From assembly GCF_023256325.1 (NCBI RefSeq), contig NZ_JAGDXI010000006.1:47091-111090 (forward strand): 64,000 nt of DNA. The letters are read 5' to 3'. The stretch is from Caldisphaera sp. GTDB lineage: Archaea > Thermoproteota > Thermoprotei_A > Sulfolobales > Acidilobaceae. Position numbers and translations under genes: made by a program. The notes beneath the pieces are model-generated. The model did no database searches and had not been told where the DNA came from. It saw only the letters and a program-made list of their open reading frames with translations. Numbering within the stretch: the stretch's first letter is position 1; every line of letters begins with the position of its first letter. Below are positions 60,190 to 64,000 of this stretch, piece after piece.

Positions 60190-62316
60190 GTGAAAAAAAT
60201 GGCAACATTAAAATTTGACGAGTCGAAATTTAAAACTTTATCCTTTCACCCATATAAAAGAAGATTTTTTAAAGATGGATGTATTTATTCAGACTATGGC
60301 AAATTATGTTATTCATTGGTTGATGATGGTATTTTAAGGATTGGCAATAGAATTAATGGAAACGTAAATAGTTCATTTACTACAAATAGCTATAGAGTTC
60401 ATTTACTACCAAAATTGCTAATCTTTAATAATGATAAGGTTCTTGAAGAGTGGGGAACTGGAGAAAATGAAGGAGAGAGACCATGGTTTGATCCATTGTT
60501 TGATCCTTCATTAGAATGGTATGATAAGACAACAATAACAACTGGCGTTTTAACTTGTAAAGATGGTAAAACTTGTTTTTCCTTTTCCGTATCTTTATCT
60601 GGCGATGAACCTATATATGGCTTGGGTGAGCATTTTGGACATATAAATAAAAGGGGTTATGATTTTATAACCTGGGCTTCAGATATGCCTTCAACTCCTA
60701 ATTATGCAACCTATATTCCAATACCCTTCATATGGTCTGTAAAGGGTTGGGGTCTTTTAATAAACAGTTCTTCACCAGTTTATTTTGATATAGGAAAAAC
60801 TTCTTATGATAGGCTTTTAATTATAACAAGGGATTATTTCGATTCATATCTATTTTTAGGTAATGTAAAGGAAATATTTAAGAAATTATATAGTATAACA
60901 GGTAAACCAAAAAATGAATTACCTAAGTGGAGCTTTGGTTTTTGGCAGAGCAAATGCGCCTATAGAAATCAGGATGAAGTATTAAGTGTTGCAGAAGAAT
61001 TAAGAAAAAGAGATTTTCCAAGTGACGTTATTCATATAGACCCTCCATGGATGGGAAACTGGGATAAATTCAGTTGCGATACAGTGGATTTAGAATGGGA
61101 TAAAAAAGCATTTCCAAATCCTGATGAAATGATAGAAAAATTACATAAAATGGGATTCAAGCTTTCTTTATGGATAAACCCTTATATAGAGCCTGGGACA
61201 AAGTTATGGAATATTATGAAAGATAAGCTGTTAAAATCATCAAATGGAGGCCATGCAGTTCCTCTAGCAGATTGCCAAAAAAGAGAAAATGCTGGAATAC
61301 CGGATCTGTTTGATGAAGAAGGCTTTTCAAGGTATAAAAAAGTCTTAAAGGAGCTAGTTTTAAAATATGCTGATGTAATTAAAGCCGATTATGGAGAAGC
61401 AATACCTTTTGATGCAATATCAAAAAGTTTAAGAGGGGAGGAACTTCACAACCTTTTTCCCTTATATTATATGAGAGCTGTTTATGAGGCAACTAAAGAG
61501 AATAAAGGATATGGAATAGTTTGGGGTAGATCTGGCTATACAAGTATTTGGCAATATCCATTAAACTGGGGAGGTGATCCTCCATCAACTTGGGAAGGAC
61601 TTAGGCAGGCTTTAAGAGGACTTTTATCTTTTCATTCATCAGGAGGAATTTTTGCATCATTTGATATTGGAGGTTTTATTGGAAAACCAAGTGAAGAACT
61701 TTACATAAGGTGGTTGCAAGCAGGTATAATGATAAGTCATGTAAGAGCCCATGGAAATAGCGAGAGAGAACCATGGAAGTATAATGAAGAAATAACTAAA
61801 AAAATGATAAAATTAAGATATAAGCTATTACCATACATATATAGTGAATCCATAAGATCTATAAAAGAAGAGACTCCTCTTATTAGGCCATTGTTCTTTG
61901 AAAATGATGATCCTAACACTTATAATATAGATGACGAGTTTTATTTAGGTAATAGTCTATTGGTTGCACCTATAATGGAAAAAGGAGGTAAGAGAAAAGT
62001 CTATTTGCCAGAGGGTTACTATATTGAATTTTTTTCAAATAAGTATTTTGAAGGAGGAAAATGGTATAATTTATCTTATAATTTAGATGAGTTTCCATTA
62101 TTTGTTAAGCTAAACTCAATTATTCCAATGCTAAAGAATGAAATCTCTTATATAGAAGAAAAGATGTTTAATAATATAGAATTTCACGTATATGGAAATA
62201 ATGCAAAAATGGATTATTATGATAAAGGAGTTGAGGCTGAAATAATATGCAAAAATAAAGAATGCAAAACAATTAACTTACCAAAAGATATTGAGTATGT
62301 TTTTGTTTACCATTAA
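60190..62316 (+). CDS. GH31 alpha-glucosidase/alpha-xylosidase family glycosidase
   Basis: YGLGE, PKWSFGFWQS, IKADYGE (nucleophile), WGGD, DIGGF, RAHG. Confidence 0.92.
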   Translation: MKKMATLKFDESKFKTLSFHPYKRRFFKDGCIYSDYGKLCYSLVDDGILRIGNRINGNVNSSFTTNSYRVHLLPKLLIFNNDKVLEEWGTGENEGERPWFDPLFDPSLEWYDKTTITTGVLTCKDGKTCFSFSVSLSGDEPIYGLGEHFGHINKRGYDFITWASDMPSTPNYATYIPIPFIWSVKGWGLLINSSSPVYFDIGKTSYDRLLIITRDYFDSYLFLGNVKEIFKKLYSITGKPKNELPKWSFGFWQSKCAYRNQDEVLSVAEELRKRDFPSDVIHIDPPWMGNWDKFSCDTVDLEWDKKAFPNPDEMIEKLHKMGFKLSLWINPYIEPGTKLWNIMKDKLLKSSNGGHAVPLADCQKRENAGIPDLFDEEGFSRYKKVLKELVLKYADVIKADYGEAIPFDAISKSLRGEELHNLFPLYYMRAVYEATKENKGYGIVWGRSGYTSIWQYPLNWGGDPPSTWEGLRQALRGLLSFHSSGGIFASFDIGGFIGKPSEELYIRWLQAGIMISHVRAHGNSEREPWKYNEEITKKMIKLRYKLLPYIYSESIRSIKEETPLIRPLFFENDDPNTYNIDDEFYLGNSLLVAPIMEKGGKRKVYLPEGYYIEFFSNKYFEGGKWYNLSYNLDEFPLFVKLNSIIPMLKNEISYIEEKMFNNIEFHVYGNNAKMDYYDKGVEAEIICKNKECKTINLPKDIEYVFVYH

Positions 62317-62321
62317 ATTAT

Positions 62322-62516
62322 TCAACAATGTACTGCTAGATTTTCATATCCAGTTGGAACAATCACAACAATTTTCTTTATACCTGTATTTCTCAATATT
62401 TCAACGCTGTAATCTAATAATTACCTTCCTACAACTTCCAAAAAAGATTTTGATTTTCCTTTTGTTAAAGGCAAGGGCTTTTTGCCATATCCTTCAGCCA
62501 AAACTACTCTCAGCAT
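62322..62516 (-). pseudogene. Truncated, stop-containing copy of the nucleotidyltransferase N-terminus (homolog of 32494..33645)
   Basis: MLRVVLAEGYGKKPLPLTKGKSKSFLEVVGR*LLDYSVEILRNTGIKKIVVIVPTGYENLA versus the intact MLGVVLAGGYGKRLLPLTKEKPKSFLEIGGRQLFDYSVEILRNAGIKRIVVIVPPGYENMA. Confidence 0.9.
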
Positions 62517-62520
62517 TACC

Positions 62521-62575
62521 CTACTCAACAGTTTCAGTTTTAGCCAAATTCCACTGGCTTATCCAGATTATAACC
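62521..62575 (-). pseudogene. glmS: Frameshifted glmS 3'-end fragment
   Basis: GYNLDKP/NLAKTETVE* versus the intact GYNPDKPRNLAKTVTVE*. Confidence 0.85.
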
Positions 62576-62770
62576 GTTTGTCCCTACACTTTCATTTCAA
62601 CCATCTTACCTTCATTCATGATCTAGCGTAGGGACTTAGTCCTCGGCCTCACGCTCAGGGAACATCACGTGCAGGTCATGGGACTCCTTCGAGCCTAACG
62701 GTACGGGACTCACATATCTGCTTTACCTTACCTTTTAGACATAGCCCACATCGGTATGGGGGTGTCTTTA
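62574..62770 (-). mobile_element. tnpB-type element right-end relic / omega-RNA-like structured region
   Basis: GC-rich island with stems 62580-90/62625-35 and a hairpin at 62737-67. The minus strand reads ..PVPLGSKESHD..KSLR*IMNEGKMVEMKV*GQT and ends GTAGGGACAAACGG, as I recall for Sulfolobales tnpB 3' ends. Confidence 0.6.
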
Positions 62771-62899
62771 TTTAGAGCTATTATAAAAAGATTTAAAAAC
62801 ATTTCTGCTAACATGAAAAAGGATTCGCACTATTAATGCATAAGATTTTTATTAACATATTTATACTTTCTTTAAATTAATTAACTTATAGGTGAAAAA

Positions 62900-63778
62900 A
62901 TGGTTTCAATGCTAATAACTGGGTCATCAATATTCACAGGAAAAGAATTGATAAGAGATGGCTACGTTTTCATTGAAGATGGTAAAATAAAAGAAGTTGG
63001 AATTCAGCCAGTTCCTGATGAAATAAGTGAACCTTCTTTAGTTTTAGGAGGAAAAGGTAGGATTATTGCTCCGTCTCTAACAGCTATAGCAGATATATCA
63101 ACCTTCTTAATCAGATTTTTTAATTTAAAGATGAACAAAAGAATAGAATTGTACAAGATGCTTAGTAAAAAGGACTTGTTTACTTTATCTTTGCCAAGCA
63201 TTTATGAGCTAAACATGCATGGAGTTACAACAATATTTGCTGAGTCTATAGACGTTTCGTATATCATTGATCTTCAAGATAAATTAGGAGGATTCTTTGG
63301 CATAGCTGCGCCATCTTGTATGGATAATATATCAGTACCACCAAGCCTCAGTGGAAAAATAGAAGTTAGCGGCTATGGTTGTGATGGAAAAGGAATTAGT
63401 GAGGATTCTAATGATTACTTAACATTATTAGGCAAGAGAAGTTATAATTTATCAAAAATAGAAAATGTTTATGAAAAAAGCGAAAAGATAAGGGCTTTAG
63501 CCGGTTTACCTCCAAATATAATAAAGGAAAACAATAAAGCTGAAATTGTTGTTTATGATACGTCTAGACCACCAGCGATGAATTATTATAAAGGAACATT
63601 AGATTATATAAAAAATATATATAATGAAAACGCAATAATAGAAAGCCTCTTAGCTGGAGAAGACGTTTTAATAGATATAGGAGGCCATTTAAGGATAGGT
63701 CAAAAACATCTAAGCGAAGCCGAAAGTCTTATAGAAAAAATAGTTAATAATGCAAAATTTCAACAAATTTTAGCTTAG
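62900..63778 (+). CDS. Amidohydrolase-like protein lacking the metal-binding HxH motif
   Basis: GYVFIEDGKIKEVG, GVTTI and AEIVV present; PSLTAIAD stands where PG.IDAHxH is expected; only 292 aa. Confidence 0.65.
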   Translation: MVSMLITGSSIFTGKELIRDGYVFIEDGKIKEVGIQPVPDEISEPSLVLGGKGRIIAPSLTAIADISTFLIRFFNLKMNKRIELYKMLSKKDLFTLSLPSIYELNMHGVTTIFAESIDVSYIIDLQDKLGGFFGIAAPSCMDNISVPPSLSGKIEVSGYGCDGKGISEDSNDYLTLLGKRSYNLSKIENVYEKSEKIRALAGLPPNIIKENNKAEIVVYDTSRPPAMNYYKGTLDYIKNIYNENAIIESLLAGEDVLIDIGGHLRIGQKHLSEAESLIEKIVNNAKFQQILA

Positions 63779-64000
63779 ATTCAATTTCATCTAAATAAGG
63801 CATGTTACTGCTTCCCAACTTTTCTACTTTAGCAGATCCAGCCGATATGGCATATTTTAATGCCTCATTAATATCACCTGTGCTTTTATAAAAAATGTTA
63901 AAGGATGCATTAAAGGCATCTCCTGCACCAGTTGGATCAATCTGATTTATTGTAGTCTCTATTTTACCTAAAATTTTTTTGTTTTTGTTTATAATTTCCG
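63744..64000 (-). CDS. Partial (3' end) PfkB-family carbohydrate kinase
   Basis: Minus-strand frame contains DPTGAGDAFNA; TAA stop at 63744-46. Confidence 0.85.
   Translation of the reverse strand, partial: EIINKNKKILGKIETTINQIDPTGAGDAFNASFNIFYKSTGDINEALKYAISAGSAKVEKLGSSNMPYLDEIESKLKFVEILHY

Noticed and set aside
3305..61919. Numerous 60-126 aa ORFs antisense to well-supported genes (e.g. 3305..3550, 4766..5065, 17315..17620, 36527..36907, 59167..59409)
   Set aside because: Almost wholly nested opposite real genes, with composition typical of antisense shadows and no motifs.
62291..62626. 111-aa plus-strand ORF from the ORF track
   Set aside because: It is the antisense shadow of the glmS/nucleotidyltransferase relic and the IS end.
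1..64000. CRISPR arrays, tRNA or rRNA genes, integrases or proviral genes
   Set aside because: None seen: no regularly spaced repeats, no cloverleaf-like GC islands, no recombinase ORFs.

Overview
AT-rich, densely coding archaeal chromosomal segment. PCNA, a DGGGP synthase, an archaellum cluster, a PINA ATPase and a C/D-box sRNA point to a thermophilic crenarchaeon; a Caldisphaera/Acidilobales-like host is my inference. Contents: housekeeping and metabolic genes (pcn, DGGGP synthase, pduO, deoC, panB/panE, glmS plus a nucleotidyltransferase, a UbiD-family decarboxylase, several MFS/APC transporters, peptidases), a nurA-herA pair with no adjacent mre11/rad50, a DRE-TIM/CoA-transferase/MFS/regulator module, an archaellum cluster (flaB, accessory genes, flaG-F-H-I-J) and a maltodextrin island (ABC transporter, GH13, GH31). 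Most notable observations: (1) a 391-aa intein in the catalytic core of the motor ATPase FlaI that ends in Glu-Asp instead of His-Asn and has a decayed homing endonuclease; (2) a structured tnpB-type right-end (omega-RNA-like) relic at ~62.6-62.8 kb fused at a GG dinucleotide to a diverged, dead copy of the glmS/nucleotidyltransferase junction, so its would-be guide nearly matches the live glmS; (3) an unannotated double-guide C/D sRNA; (4) a frameshifted tnpB pseudogene. Family assignments come from motif recognition by eye; no searches were run.
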